Shown here piece after piece: positions 38,803 to 48,962 of a stretch of 58,146 nucleotides of DNA; position 1 is the first letter of the stretch; the number at the start of each line of letters is the position of its first letter. The notes below the pieces were generated by a model. The model was not told where the DNA came from and ran no database searches. It saw only the letters and a program-made list of their open reading frames with translations. Location: positions 1 through 58,146 of the forward strand of contig JAEOUG010000154.1 in NCBI GenBank assembly GCA_016839445.1. The letters run 5' to 3'. Source of the DNA: Candidatus Thorarchaeota archaeon. Its GTDB lineage: Archaea > Asgardarchaeota > Thorarchaeia > Thorarchaeales > Thorarchaeaceae. A program made the position numbers and the translations under genes.

Positions 38803-39063
38803 TCAGTCTGGCTCAGCTGCCTTCCTGGCTATGAGCTCCGCCTGGTGTATACGTACCATTCGAACCGAGTAGAGGAGTGCGATGAAGCCGATTCCTACTC
38901 CAACGAGCCACAGAGGGCTCGCAAAGGGATGATTGAGAATCGCAGTGAGGATGTAGATGTTGAGACATGCGAAGAAGAGCGCGAAGCTCAACAGCGTTGC
39001 ATAGAAGGACCAGGGCATTGACTTTGAGCTCACGGCTTCTCCTCCAAGTTTCTTGAGGAACAC
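38803..39063 (-). CDS. Small 2-TM membrane protein, last gene of ABC operon
   Basis: Start overlaps ATPase stop; two hydrophobic helices. Confidence 0.65.
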   Translation of the reverse strand: MFLKKLGGEAVSSKSMPWSFYATLLSFALFFACLNIYILTAILNHPFASPLWLVGVGIGFIALLYSVRMVRIHQAELIARKAAEPD

Positions 39064-39947
39064 TATGCATCCGCAGTGTTCCCTTGGTCAGTTTCAAGTG
39101 GAGTGATGAGAACCCCTTCGCTCGTCGCCTTAAGTACGACTCGCTTTCTGATTCCCGCAATCCGTCTTATGGTATCAGGAAGGACAAGACGTCCCTTTGC
39201 ATCAACTTCAGTGATATCGCCGTAGACCGTGTGCTTCTGACCTTCTATGAGACCATCGCGAATCCTCAAGACACGGTCCGCATACGCTGCAACGCGAGGA
39301 TTGTGTGTGACATTGATGATGGTGGTTCCGAAGTCCTTGTTGACCTGCTTGAGTGCCTCCATCACGACCTCTGTTGTTTCAGAGTCAAGTTCACCTGTGA
39401 TTTCGTCCCCTAACACCAACTCTGGTTCGTTGGCCAATGCCACGCATATGGCGACTCTCTGATTCTCACCGCCTGAGAGCTGGCTTGGACGATGGGCTGC
39501 CCTTCGCGCCAGTCCCATTGTTTCAAGGAGCATCATTGCCCTTCTCTCAGAAACCGAAGATGGTGCACCTGCGAGTTTCATTGGCAGCATCACATTCTTA
39601 ACTGCCGTGAGTCCCGGAACGAGATTACCGATCTGCCAAACGAAGCCCACTTTCTGCCTTCGATAGAGCATGGCTCTCCTGTCATCTAACAGTGTGACAC
39701 TGTGCCCGTCATAGAGGATAGTCCCTGCGGTAGGACGGTCAAGTGCTCCCAGCATCTTCAGAAGCGTGGACTTGCCTGATCCCGAGGGCCCAACTATCGA
39801 AACGAATTCGGAGTATCCAACTTCGAAGTCTATTCCTCTGAGAGCGATGACTTCCTTCAGCCCTCTCTGGTAGACTTTCACCAGGTCTCTGATTATGAGC
39901 TTATAATGCTCCGCGAGTTCGTCTAGATTCTCAGTCATTCTTCTCAC
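39063..39947 (-). CDS. LolD/MacB-type ABC ATPase with C-terminal AbrB/MraZ-like domain
   Basis: GPSGSGKS, LSGGENQR, LGDE, VTH; tail EVDAKGRLVLPDTIRR. Confidence 0.9.
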   Translation of the reverse strand: MRRMTENLDELAEHYKLIIRDLVKVYQRGLKEVIALRGIDFEVGYSEFVSIVGPSGSGKSTLLKMLGALDRPTAGTILYDGHSVTLLDDRRAMLYRRQKVGFVWQIGNLVPGLTAVKNVMLPMKLAGAPSSVSERRAMMLLETMGLARRAAHRPSQLSGGENQRVAICVALANEPELVLGDEITGELDSETTEVVMEALKQVNKDFGTTIINVTHNPRVAAYADRVLRIRDGLIEGQKHTVYGDITEVDAKGRLVLPDTIRRIAGIRKRVVLKATSEGVLITPLETDQGNTADA

Positions 39948-42793
39948 TCCGTGTATTGTATCTCCTCTGCTATGTTGAGATTCAGCGTCCTCTTCATGAC
40001 AACGTATGTGGCTGCCTGCGAAACTACTAGTGTGAGTGCTACTACGCCTGCGACGAGTACTACGGGGACCTGTAGGAACACAGGAAGCCTATACCACATG
40101 TCGAATGTCTGCATCCCCGTGTACAACAATGGCAGCCCCAAGACCAGGAACGAAAGAGCGCCTCCGATTACTCCCCCGATCCCCGCAGCAAGGAGTACCC
40201 CAACTGCGGACTCGACCAGAAATCCCTTGAGTATCGCGCCATGCTCTGTGCCAAGGGCCCTTAGGATGGAAAGCTGGCGTCTTAGATTGCGCACTCTGAG
40301 GGTTGCCACGAGTGTCATTCCAAATGACAGGTAGACCAGAGAGAACAAGAGATTCAGCGTGTATGCTCCATAGATCGTCTGAGTTGTCCTTGATTGAAGA
40401 GTCCTGTCAATGGATTCCTGCGATGACTTGATACTAGTTATCGAGTAGGGCGCGATGTCATAGATCTCCTCCATCACACGAGTGTAGTTGGCGTCGTGTG
40501 AGGTCTTGATTATGACCTTCGTGATTCTTGACGTGTTGAGGCATTGATGCAGGTAAGAGATGTCAGTGACAATGAAGTCCCGCGCATCTGGCTCACCGGT
40601 CAAGTATCTGAGAGCAGAGGAAGAATCATCCTTCCTTTCTGCAAGCACATCAACAATCTCGCAGTCGGTGAGGTTGCTCCAGCCACCCGGGGAGAATATC
40701 TGCAAATCAATCGAGCTGCCGTACTCAGGATAGATGGAGAGGCCAGACGAGTCGACCACATAGCGGTCTATCGGCCTGAATGACGCTAGTACGTTGATTG
40801 CTGTATCCTCGGCCTCCGCCAGCAGTGGTACCGAATGACCAGGACTATCCTCCAGGGTGAAGTAGTCAAGCCAGAATGCAGTGCTCAACCACGTATCGGG
40901 TTCAACGCCGTACACCGACATTGACCTGTTCATTTCATAGGAGCCTCCCCAGGGAAGGGCTTGGCGATAGATTGCATATCCTGAATATCTCAGAATTGGC
41001 GTGCCCCTCTCAACTCCGTCTATCATTGTCATGTTGGCGATGATACTGGAAGTCACGTTCTCGAAACCTGGGTTGAACTCAACGGCAATGTCGCCGCCGA
41101 CCTCGAACCTGTAGACCTGCCTCATGTGTATTGATCCTGTAGTGGAGGAGATTGATGCGAAGAGGCCAGCAGTGAACACCATGGCGATGAACATTGTGCC
41201 AATTGCCTCAGACTTCTTGAACATCATCACAGTCCTCGAGGCAAGCCGCGCCCCAACGACCATAGAGGGTCTCCGAACTCGTCGTAACACCCCGGACTTC
41301 AATCGTGAGGTGTACCGCGCGAACAGCCTTGTGAAGAAGAAGAGGAATATCGTCATAATGGGTAACAGGACAAGCATCAGAGCTGCCGCCGCAGAAGCAA
41401 ACAAGGGGCTTATCATCACAGTGAGGATCGGCAGGAGGATGTAACCAGACACTATGACTACGACCGCATCCACGGAAGCGGTCCCCATCTTCTCACTGTC
41501 ACTCAGGGTTTCTCTAGATAGAATGTCATGCGCTTCGGTGGCAGACATCACCAGGGCCTTTACGGCACCAGGGATGGCGACTACTGCACCAACGACGAAC
41601 GAGTAGACGAACACCGTGATGACTGAGAGCGGCTGCAAGATGATCGAGAAGCCGAGAAGTTGCTGTGGGTCAAAGACCAGGAGTTCTCTTACTGAGCCCG
41701 ATAACAGGGCTCCCGCAACTCCGGTCAAGATTGCCCCTAGGCTGCCAACGGCACCTACCACAAGCGCACTTGTCAGAATCCAGAAGAACGCCTGCCATCC
41801 CGACGCGCCTCTCGTCTTCAGAGTACCAACATCTCTCCTCCTTTCGTCATCGAGGAGTCTGCTATTGTACTGGATGAGCATGAATCCCATGATGATAGAG
41901 GGGATTGAGAAAGCCAGGGTGATGGTTCGCATGCTGCTGAACCATGATGAGTACTCGTATACTGCCTGCAATAAGCCAAACTCACTATTGCTCACATAGA
42001 CGAGAGGGAGGTGAGTCTGCTCAATGGCAGACTTGATGCTTCTGAGATCCTCAGAGATTGTCAAAGCGTCAGCAGAGGCAATAGCCGACTTGTCGAAGTC
42101 CACCCAGATCTTGTCGAAGAAGCCGTTGTAGTAATCCGGAGCCAGCATGCCAAACGCGGCGCGAACCGTATCCTTGGTGGTGATGAGATGGAGGTAGGTG
42201 GACTCGGCTTGGCTGTAGTATGGTTGATAGAAATACACGTTCGACTCAAAGGTTCCTGTGACTGTGAAGGTCAAGTTCACTGACACGGGATTCCAAGTAC
42301 TATCATAGAATTGGAGGTTGACTTCGTAAGTTTCTCCGATTTGGAGGTTCTCCTGGTTGAAGACGCTCTCCTCAACAAGACACGAGTTGTCGTCAAAGAG
42401 GAATCCCGCCGACGTTATTTCAATGGCGCTGTCGAACTCGCTGAGGGCAATCGGGTCGATCCCAAGGAATGCCTTCCTCTGGTCCTCCCATGCCTCTTCG
42501 GCATAGTCATAGATGTGTGCAACAGCCACATCCTCTGCGGCCAGTACGTAGTCGCGTGCTGCAATGTCGGCCCTCACGTCTTCGATGGATGTATTGCTCT
42601 GTCCGTAGAATGCTATGCCAAAGGAAACCTCCATGTCTAGTGGTACGTTCGCAGTCAGGTCATCTAGGACATTCGGCGCGGCGGAATCCGTATAGACCAG
42701 CAGTCCACCCACGACGCCGCTCGATATAGCGAAGATGAGAATCGTCAGGAGTATCTCGGCCCTTCTAGCTGAAAGCCTAGTAATGAGGAACAA
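39944..42793 (-). CDS. FtsX/MacB-family ABC permease (duplicated architecture)
   Basis: ERRRDVGTLKTRGAS and LRRQLSILRALG motifs; two large extracytoplasmic domains. Confidence 0.88.
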   Translation of the reverse strand: MFLITRLSARRAEILLTILIFAISSGVVGGLLVYTDSAAPNVLDDLTANVPLDMEVSFGIAFYGQSNTSIEDVRADIAARDYVLAAEDVAVAHIYDYAEEAWEDQRKAFLGIDPIALSEFDSAIEITSAGFLFDDNSCLVEESVFNQENLQIGETYEVNLQFYDSTWNPVSVNLTFTVTGTFESNVYFYQPYYSQAESTYLHLITTKDTVRAAFGMLAPDYYNGFFDKIWVDFDKSAIASADALTISEDLRSIKSAIEQTHLPLVYVSNSEFGLLQAVYEYSSWFSSMRTITLAFSIPSIIMGFMLIQYNSRLLDDERRRDVGTLKTRGASGWQAFFWILTSALVVGAVGSLGAILTGVAGALLSGSVRELLVFDPQQLLGFSIILQPLSVITVFVYSFVVGAVVAIPGAVKALVMSATEAHDILSRETLSDSEKMGTASVDAVVVIVSGYILLPILTVMISPLFASAAAALMLVLLPIMTIFLFFFTRLFARYTSRLKSGVLRRVRRPSMVVGARLASRTVMMFKKSEAIGTMFIAMVFTAGLFASISSTTGSIHMRQVYRFEVGGDIAVEFNPGFENVTSSIIANMTMIDGVERGTPILRYSGYAIYRQALPWGGSYEMNRSMSVYGVEPDTWLSTAFWLDYFTLEDSPGHSVPLLAEAEDTAINVLASFRPIDRYVVDSSGLSIYPEYGSSIDLQIFSPGGWSNLTDCEIVDVLAERKDDSSSALRYLTGEPDARDFIVTDISYLHQCLNTSRITKVIIKTSHDANYTRVMEEIYDIAPYSITSIKSSQESIDRTLQSRTTQTIYGAYTLNLLFSLVYLSFGMTLVATLRVRNLRRQLSILRALGTEHGAILKGFLVESAVGVLLAAGIGGVIGGALSFLVLGLPLLYTGMQTFDMWYRLPVFLQVPVVLVAGVVALTLVVSQAATYVVMKRTLNLNIAEEIQYTE

Positions 42794-45574
42794 CTAGACA
42801 TCACCTCCATACGGACCTGCTTCTGCCCATGCGGCATTTAGAGCGCTGGCCAGATGTATCCGTGAGCTTACCAACGAGATGATGATGATGAACGTAGATG
42901 CGAGAACGAAGAAGAACAGCAGGACCACTCCCACAGTCATCCATGGAACAACCACGAAGGAGGAAACGGGGAACAGCCATGCGTCAGTAATCGTGGCTCC
43001 AATGGCTGCGGCAACTGTAGTGCCAACGAAGAGCGGCCCGTAACCAGCCAGAAGCCCCGTTCCGAACATCAAGAGCACAAACATCTCCGCTGCTTGCGCT
43101 GCTGCAATCACACCCCTCCCCGCACCTATTGACCTAAGAAGAGCAATCTCTCTCTTCCTAGCTCGAACGCCCTCTGCGGCATAGAGTGCGAAAGCCCCGA
43201 TGATTGTGCCCACGGTCAGGAAGGTGAGCATGGTGTCTATGGCGCGTTCTATCTCATAGCCTGTCTGCCCTACCATCTCATCTACCTGGGCCTGTACTGA
43301 GTCCCAAGTGCCTGCAAGGAGCACATCTTGGCCTCCTCTGTCCAAGACATCCAATCCTATCTTGGTGCTATTCGAGCCCTCCCTGGTTCTAACACACAGG
43401 TAGTTCCGCGTGTCAGCTGTCAAGTTCAGTACTGTCGACAGGTACTCACGATTCACCATTGCTCGTCTTCTACCGGCAAGCGGGTACTCGTAATAATCTC
43501 CGTATGGACCGAAGTAGAAAGTGTCATCGGCTGGCATCTCTGGAAGAGCCTCTGTGATGCCGACAATCCTGAAGCCATAGGTGTGGGGGTCGAACTCGTT
43601 CAGGTCAGATGCACGGAGTGTATCTCCGACCCTGATATCATATGTCTTTGCGAGATCAGAGGTGATAATGACGCCATCGGGCGTGGCTTCCAGCTGCATC
43701 AGCAAATCGAGCTGATTAGATTCATTCAGGCGCTGTCCCAAGTAGCTGAATCCTATCCTGCTGTAGTTATCTGGATTGACCGCAAGGAAGGAGGCGAAAC
43801 CGCTATCATCTGCTGACAGGGACAAGGCTAGCTCAGAAGCCATATCGGTGCCCAGAACATCAGGATCTAGACTTACATTCGCTGAGAACTCCGTCCACAG
43901 CTCAAAGCTCGCAGGGTCCAGAGCGAAAGTCAGGTCTGCCCCAACTTCCAGCCTCGCATGGTTCATTTGGGTCGAAGGAAGCGAGAGGTCAACGATGGCG
44001 CTGTTCCACGATAGGCACACTGCAAGGACTAGAACCATGATGGCAGACCCCGCGGAGGAAGCGGACTTCCCTATGCGTCGAACTCCGATTGATGCAGGGA
44101 TCTCTCCAAGCATCGGTTTGAAGATCTTTGACAGAAGATTCGCTCCAGCTCTGAGTGCTTTGATCGCGAGACTTGAAACCCCAAGGAAGAGTGCAAGAGG
44201 TACAAGCTGAAGGATGAGAGCAACAGATGATGGCACCGAACTCCCCGAAGGAAGGGCAACCAGTAGGAGGATTGCTAGCAGGACGACCAGCATATCCCAA
44301 CGGATGAACTGGACAACTCGTACTGCCTTTGCCAGCTTCCCCCGTCGCTCTTCCATGCTCTTCTTGGTCGAGTAGACTCCTCTGTATACAGCCAGTGTGA
44401 CCATTGGGAGGGCAACGCCGACGACACATGCAATCACTACGGAATCCAATGAAACAAGGAAGGGTTCGCTGAACACCTTCCCGACATCGAAGGTGAAGTA
44501 GCCGTTTGCAGCCATTGCGATTCGACTGAAGAGCGTACCAAGTGGAATTCCCATTATGCAAGAGCCAACTGAGATGATGAACACCTCACGATTGATGGCG
44601 CTGTCGAGATCGCTGGGAGATGCCCCTCTTGAGATCAGCATGTTCCTCTCGAATCTTCTCTCGTTTGTGTTATAGCGGATTGCCAGAAATGTCACAAGGC
44701 CGGCAAGAAGGAAGACGCTCATCGAACGCGCAACCTGACCCACTCTGAGAGCCTGCACCCAGACAATATATCTGCCAATGCCACTGGCGATGAAGTTCTC
44801 AACATACAGCGATGAGCCTCTTCTTGGAGGATCATAAAGGGGATCCAGCCTTCTTATCCTCTCGTCAATCCCGCTGACGTACGACAATGAGTACTGTGGA
44901 CTGAAAGGCGTGATTGGGCTTATGTCAATGGAAGCAAAGATCGCATCTTCATAGTATCCTTCAGTCGTGAGAATCTCATATACGATGACAAAGCTCTCGT
45001 AGCCGAAGCTATAGCCGTAGGGCGAAACTGCACCTATGTTCTGCTGGGTGTACACGCCCACGACCTCGAGTTCTCTCTGAGTCAGGTAGTCGAAAGAGAT
45101 GTTCAGCTTCTCACCTATGTCAATGCTGAGATAGGCGTGCATCTCGTAGGTGACTGCGACTTCCTGGTCAGTCTGTGGAAGTCTTCCTTCCTGAACCTGA
45201 AAGACGTTCGGGAACTCGTCCACGAAGTCTTCGTCCGGAGCTACTGCCCTTCCCCATTCCTGGAGCTCAATGTCTTCTCTTGATGCGTTCTCGTTGCGGA
45301 GGACCTGAACCCAGGAGGACTTCATGAAAGCTGCGTGTCTTACTCCTGGGAGGCTTCTTACATCCTCTTCGTAGATTCCGACATCGAAGCCCCCGTAGAC
45401 TGCAAGGTGGATATCTCCAACATCGAGGTACTCATCCCACTGATGCATCGAGTAGGAGTCCACGTAGACGGCGATACTCATAGCAATAGATGAGGCCAGC
45501 AAGAAGCATACCAGTGTCACACCCATCCTCCGGCGACTCTGGAATGCCTCATAGCCGACTGGTATCGCTGACAA
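42794..45574 (-). CDS. FtsX/MacB-family ABC permease (duplicated architecture)
   Basis: ERRFERNMLISRGAS and RKREIALLRSIG motifs. Confidence 0.88.
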   Translation of the reverse strand: MSAIPVGYEAFQSRRRMGVTLVCFLLASSIAMSIAVYVDSYSMHQWDEYLDVGDIHLAVYGGFDVGIYEEDVRSLPGVRHAAFMKSSWVQVLRNENASREDIELQEWGRAVAPDEDFVDEFPNVFQVQEGRLPQTDQEVAVTYEMHAYLSIDIGEKLNISFDYLTQRELEVVGVYTQQNIGAVSPYGYSFGYESFVIVYEILTTEGYYEDAIFASIDISPITPFSPQYSLSYVSGIDERIRRLDPLYDPPRRGSSLYVENFIASGIGRYIVWVQALRVGQVARSMSVFLLAGLVTFLAIRYNTNERRFERNMLISRGASPSDLDSAINREVFIISVGSCIMGIPLGTLFSRIAMAANGYFTFDVGKVFSEPFLVSLDSVVIACVVGVALPMVTLAVYRGVYSTKKSMEERRGKLAKAVRVVQFIRWDMLVVLLAILLLVALPSGSSVPSSVALILQLVPLALFLGVSSLAIKALRAGANLLSKIFKPMLGEIPASIGVRRIGKSASSAGSAIMVLVLAVCLSWNSAIVDLSLPSTQMNHARLEVGADLTFALDPASFELWTEFSANVSLDPDVLGTDMASELALSLSADDSGFASFLAVNPDNYSRIGFSYLGQRLNESNQLDLLMQLEATPDGVIITSDLAKTYDIRVGDTLRASDLNEFDPHTYGFRIVGITEALPEMPADDTFYFGPYGDYYEYPLAGRRRAMVNREYLSTVLNLTADTRNYLCVRTREGSNSTKIGLDVLDRGGQDVLLAGTWDSVQAQVDEMVGQTGYEIERAIDTMLTFLTVGTIIGAFALYAAEGVRARKREIALLRSIGAGRGVIAAAQAAEMFVLLMFGTGLLAGYGPLFVGTTVAAAIGATITDAWLFPVSSFVVVPWMTVGVVLLFFFVLASTFIIIISLVSSRIHLASALNAAWAEAGPYGGDV

Positions 45575-45586
45575 CAGAATCGACTC

Positions 45587-46300
45587 CTATTCATCCACGA
45601 TCTTCCCGTCTCGCATGCGGTATACCCTGTCCATCTTCTCTCCGACCTCAGGGTCATGAGTCACGGTGATGAGAGTCCCTCCCTCTCCCTTGGTCAGTGA
45701 GACCAGTACTTCCAGTATCTCTTGGCCAGTCGTATAGTCGAGGTCACCAGTAGGCTCGTCTGCGAGGACGACAACTGAGCTTGAGGCGCCGTCTGGTTTC
45801 GCGAGGGCACGGGCGATGGCCACACGTTGCTGTTCTCCGCCAGACAACTCATCAGGCCTATGTTCGGCTCTATCCGACAGCCCCACCATCTCCAGAAGCC
45901 TGTCTGTCTTCTCACGCCTTGAGTATTCATCTACTCCCGCTATTAGTAGAGGAAGCTCGACGTTCTCATAGGCGCTCAAGACTGGGATGATGTTGAAGAA
46001 CTGGAAGATGAAACTGATCTTGTCCCTTCTGTATCGAGTGAGGGCCCGCTCGGACAATCTAGTGATGTCCTCTCCATCAACCTTCACAGTACCTTGTGTT
46101 GGACTATCAAGAGCCCCTATCAGATTCAGCAGCGTCGTTTTGCCTGAGCCCGATGGCCCCATGATTCCTATAGCTTCCCCCCGTTTGACTCGGAGGTCCA
46201 CACCCTTCAGAGCATGCACCTCGACCTCACCCATCTTGTAGACCCTTGCAACAGACTCTACTTCTACTATGTACTCAGAGTTCAGCTCGACCCGCTCCAC
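45587..46300 (-). CDS. LolD/MacB-type ABC ATPase
   Basis: GPSGSGKTT, LSGGEQQR, LADEPTG, VTH. Confidence 0.93.
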   Translation of the reverse strand: MERVELNSEYIVEVESVARVYKMGEVEVHALKGVDLRVKRGEAIGIMGPSGSGKTTLLNLIGALDSPTQGTVKVDGEDITRLSERALTRYRRDKISFIFQFFNIIPVLSAYENVELPLLIAGVDEYSRREKTDRLLEMVGLSDRAEHRPDELSGGEQQRVAIARALAKPDGASSSVVVLADEPTGDLDYTTGQEILEVLVSLTKGEGGTLITVTHDPEVGEKMDRVYRMRDGKIVDE

Positions 46301-46499
46301 GACGCGATTGGCATATGACAGAGCAAATCAGAGTCTAATAAATAACGTCTTTGTAGAAGATTGTACTACACATTGGAGGTCGGGAGTTGCGCACGTCGTG
46401 CAAGTATTATTCGTTGGCGTGCACTGCTTTCATCATGAGAAGATTTATCTCTCTTGATGGCTTCTCTGCTCATAGAATATTCATAGAGGCACTTGTGTA

Positions 46500-47144
46500 A
46501 TGTCAGATGAGATCATGGCGAGGAAGTACGAGTTCTTCAGCAAACAGGGATTCTTCGTCGGAGCCGCCGTGATAGCACTGTCGCTAGTCCTACAGTCACT
46601 CATTGGCTTTCAGTCAATCTGGCAGGAACGCGCCCTAGAGTATGTCTTTCTTGTTGTGTTCTCCGCTGTAGTTGTCGGGACTGCATCCGGAGGTGTCCTG
46701 GTATTCCTCTTCCCCCCTGACCAAGACGTGATAGGACTTGCCGGGCTGGGAAGTGATGATGCAACCCAGCACTTGTCGCTGGTGCTAATCATCCTCGCTC
46801 TAGTTCAGCCCTTCTTCACTGGATTCATCATGTTCTACGAGTACTTCTCTAGCGACCCGCTCATCCCGATCTGGATTCTGGTCGGTTTTGCCGCACCTAG
46901 CTTGGGACTTACTGCGGCCATGTTTGAGAGGACTCGCGAGATTGCAGAGGATCTCCAGCTCTACTTCGCTGCCAACAAGAAGCTTGACATGGCAAGTCTA
47001 GACTGGTTGCATGGTCTGGGACCACGAACAGCAACCTATAGAATGGGCATGCTTGAGAGAGCTGCAGAAAGAGTGAAGGGAATCAGGGTCACAGGTCACG
47101 AGATTGTACGTGTAGAAGACCAGTTCGCCGTGAAGAATCAGTGA
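46500..47144 (+). CDS. Hypothetical 4-TM membrane protein
   Basis: Four hydrophobic segments plus a soluble C-terminus. Confidence 0.7.
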   Translation: MSDEIMARKYEFFSKQGFFVGAAVIALSLVLQSLIGFQSIWQERALEYVFLVVFSAVVVGTASGGVLVFLFPPDQDVIGLAGLGSDDATQHLSLVLIILALVQPFFTGFIMFYEYFSSDPLIPIWILVGFAAPSLGLTAAMFERTREIAEDLQLYFAANKKLDMASLDWLHGLGPRTATYRMGMLERAAERVKGIRVTGHEIVRVEDQFAVKNQ

Positions 47145-47145
47145 C

Positions 47146-47457
47146 TTAGTGTCTCTTTCTCATGTGCACCGCTAGGCCCTGTTCAGTCCATGCAACCCAA
47201 GTGCACTTCAGACAAGAGAAGCTCTGACTTCCCAGCCCGAATCTGGGTGGGTCTTTTGCATCAAGCTCGTAGATTGTCCCGCCGTAGCCGCTCCGCTTCT
47301 TCGTGCTGATCTTGAATCTCTTCTTGAAACAATCAGTGCAAATGTTCAAGCTCTGGCGAGTGTCGTTGATGAAGTTCTCTTCCAGACTCCGAGCTGGACC
47401 AATGGGATCCATTTCTTTGCCACAGCTTTCACAGAATTCGGCCGATGTAATCACCAC
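47146..47457 (-). CDS. Small zinc-finger protein (CxxC...CxxC plus C2H2 finger)
   Basis: CESC, CTDC, FSCLKC-x12-HMRKRH; GGAGG SD-like motif. Confidence 0.75.
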   Translation of the reverse strand: MVITSAEFCESCGKEMDPIGPARSLEENFINDTRQSLNICTDCFKKRFKISTKKRSGYGGTIYELDAKDPPRFGLGSQSFSCLKCTWVAWTEQGLAVHMRKRH

Positions 47458-47556
47458 TCAGGAGGTCAGAGATGTGCTGCAGGCTGTAATGAGCTTGTCT
47501 AATGTTCTGAATGACCAGCATATTAATGCTGTGAGTCTGAATCCCAGCGGCAGGCA

Positions 47557-48789
47557 TCAGAGCGTGTTCTCAAACAGCTGAGCCGCTGTCTTGAAGGCCT
47601 CTTCCGCATTCTCGCCCGTCTCGCATGAAGTTTCGATGAACGCAACAGGGTGAAGCTTGTCGTCTGTTCCTAGCTTCTTCGCTAGTTCTTCTGCCATCTT
47701 GAAGCCTTCTTCCTGCGAGACCGGTTCTTCACCTGACTCGTCGCCGAGTAGCGGTTCGCGGCGCAGGTCGAGCTTGTTCCCCACTATGACGATAGGGGGC
47801 ATGACTTCACTCATTGCACTGAACTCTCTCAGCCAGAAGTCGATGCTCTCGAAGCTCCATCTGTCAGACACTGCATACACGATTAGGAGAACGTGGGCGT
47901 TCTCGTAGAAGTCCTTCCTTGACACCTTCGTCTTGACTGCAAGGTCAAACGACCAGACATTGATGTTGATTCTGTGATTCTTGAGGTCGAACACTTTAGC
48001 AAAGATGTGCTTGGAAACCTCCCCGGACTCCTGATTGACAACTATCGGAGCAATCTCCGCCTTCGCCTGAAGTGATTTCTTGCCCACACCTTGCTCTCCC
48101 AAGAGAAGCGCTTTGCATGAGGCAAGCGGCTTGATCTGATGTGCTGGAGTGACTTGCTCTTCTGATGCCACTTCTGAGTCTGGTACCGGAGGCTCTTCTT
48201 CAATGGTTTCGGCGACAATGATTACTTCTTCGACTGCTTCTTCAGGTTCGGGTTCTGGCTCCGGGGCCTTCGGCTCGGCTTCAGCTGTCCGGGCATAGGT
48301 GTTCCCAGAGGCGCTGATAACCTCTCTTCCTGCGAGCTGGATGGAAATCTTCGCTTTCTCTGGTGCTTGGTGCTCTTCCTTTCCAGTGGCTGCCATGAAG
48401 GAGTCACTCATGGATTCCACAGCCTTGAGAGCGTCTGCAATATCATCGAAGTCATCGGAGGAGATTGTCCCTTTCTCGTCAGCGCTTACTCCAGGGCTCT
48501 TGACGAATTGCGCCGCCTTCTCAACCTTCGGGGCGGGCTCTGGCTCAGCGGGTGGCATTGGAGCTGCTCTCTCTGCTTTTGGAGTTGGCTCAGGTTCGAC
48601 TAGCACCTTCCTTGCCTTGGGTAAGCCTATCCGATTGAGGACATCTTCCAGAACTCCAGGTGCGAGCCTCTTCCCTAGGTACCTGAGGTACTTCTGAAGT
48701 TCAATTGAGACGTCATCAAAGGACTTGTCTCTGAGTGAGATCTTCTTCTTGACAACTCCTTTGTCACGTACCTCTACATAGGTTGGCAT
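47557..48789 (-). CDS. Ras/Rab-like small GTPase domain with degenerate G1/G3 and long acidic N-terminal linker
   Basis: GEQGVGKKS, VWSF, LIVYAV, SFE, VGNKLDL, FIETSC. Confidence 0.82.
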   Translation of the reverse strand: MPTYVEVRDKGVVKKKISLRDKSFDDVSIELQKYLRYLGKRLAPGVLEDVLNRIGLPKARKVLVEPEPTPKAERAAPMPPAEPEPAPKVEKAAQFVKSPGVSADEKGTISSDDFDDIADALKAVESMSDSFMAATGKEEHQAPEKAKISIQLAGREVISASGNTYARTAEAEPKAPEPEPEPEEAVEEVIIVAETIEEEPPVPDSEVASEEQVTPAHQIKPLASCKALLLGEQGVGKKSLQAKAEIAPIVVNQESGEVSKHIFAKVFDLKNHRININVWSFDLAVKTKVSRKDFYENAHVLLIVYAVSDRWSFESIDFWLREFSAMSEVMPPIVIVGNKLDLRREPLLGDESGEEPVSQEEGFKMAEELAKKLGTDDKLHPVAFIETSCETGENAEEAFKTAAQLFENTL

Positions 48790-48962
48790 CAGGGTCAGAG
48801 AGATTGTGGTTCCCGGGATTATCAGATTGGCCCATCTCCTACAGCCAGACGGGGTCTGGATTTCACCAGCTGTCTTAACTGTTTTTGCTAGATAAGGATT
48901 GATGGGAGGATTAGTAGAAAAGATTATGTCTGACTACTAGGTGTTCAAGTCAGGTTCTGACA

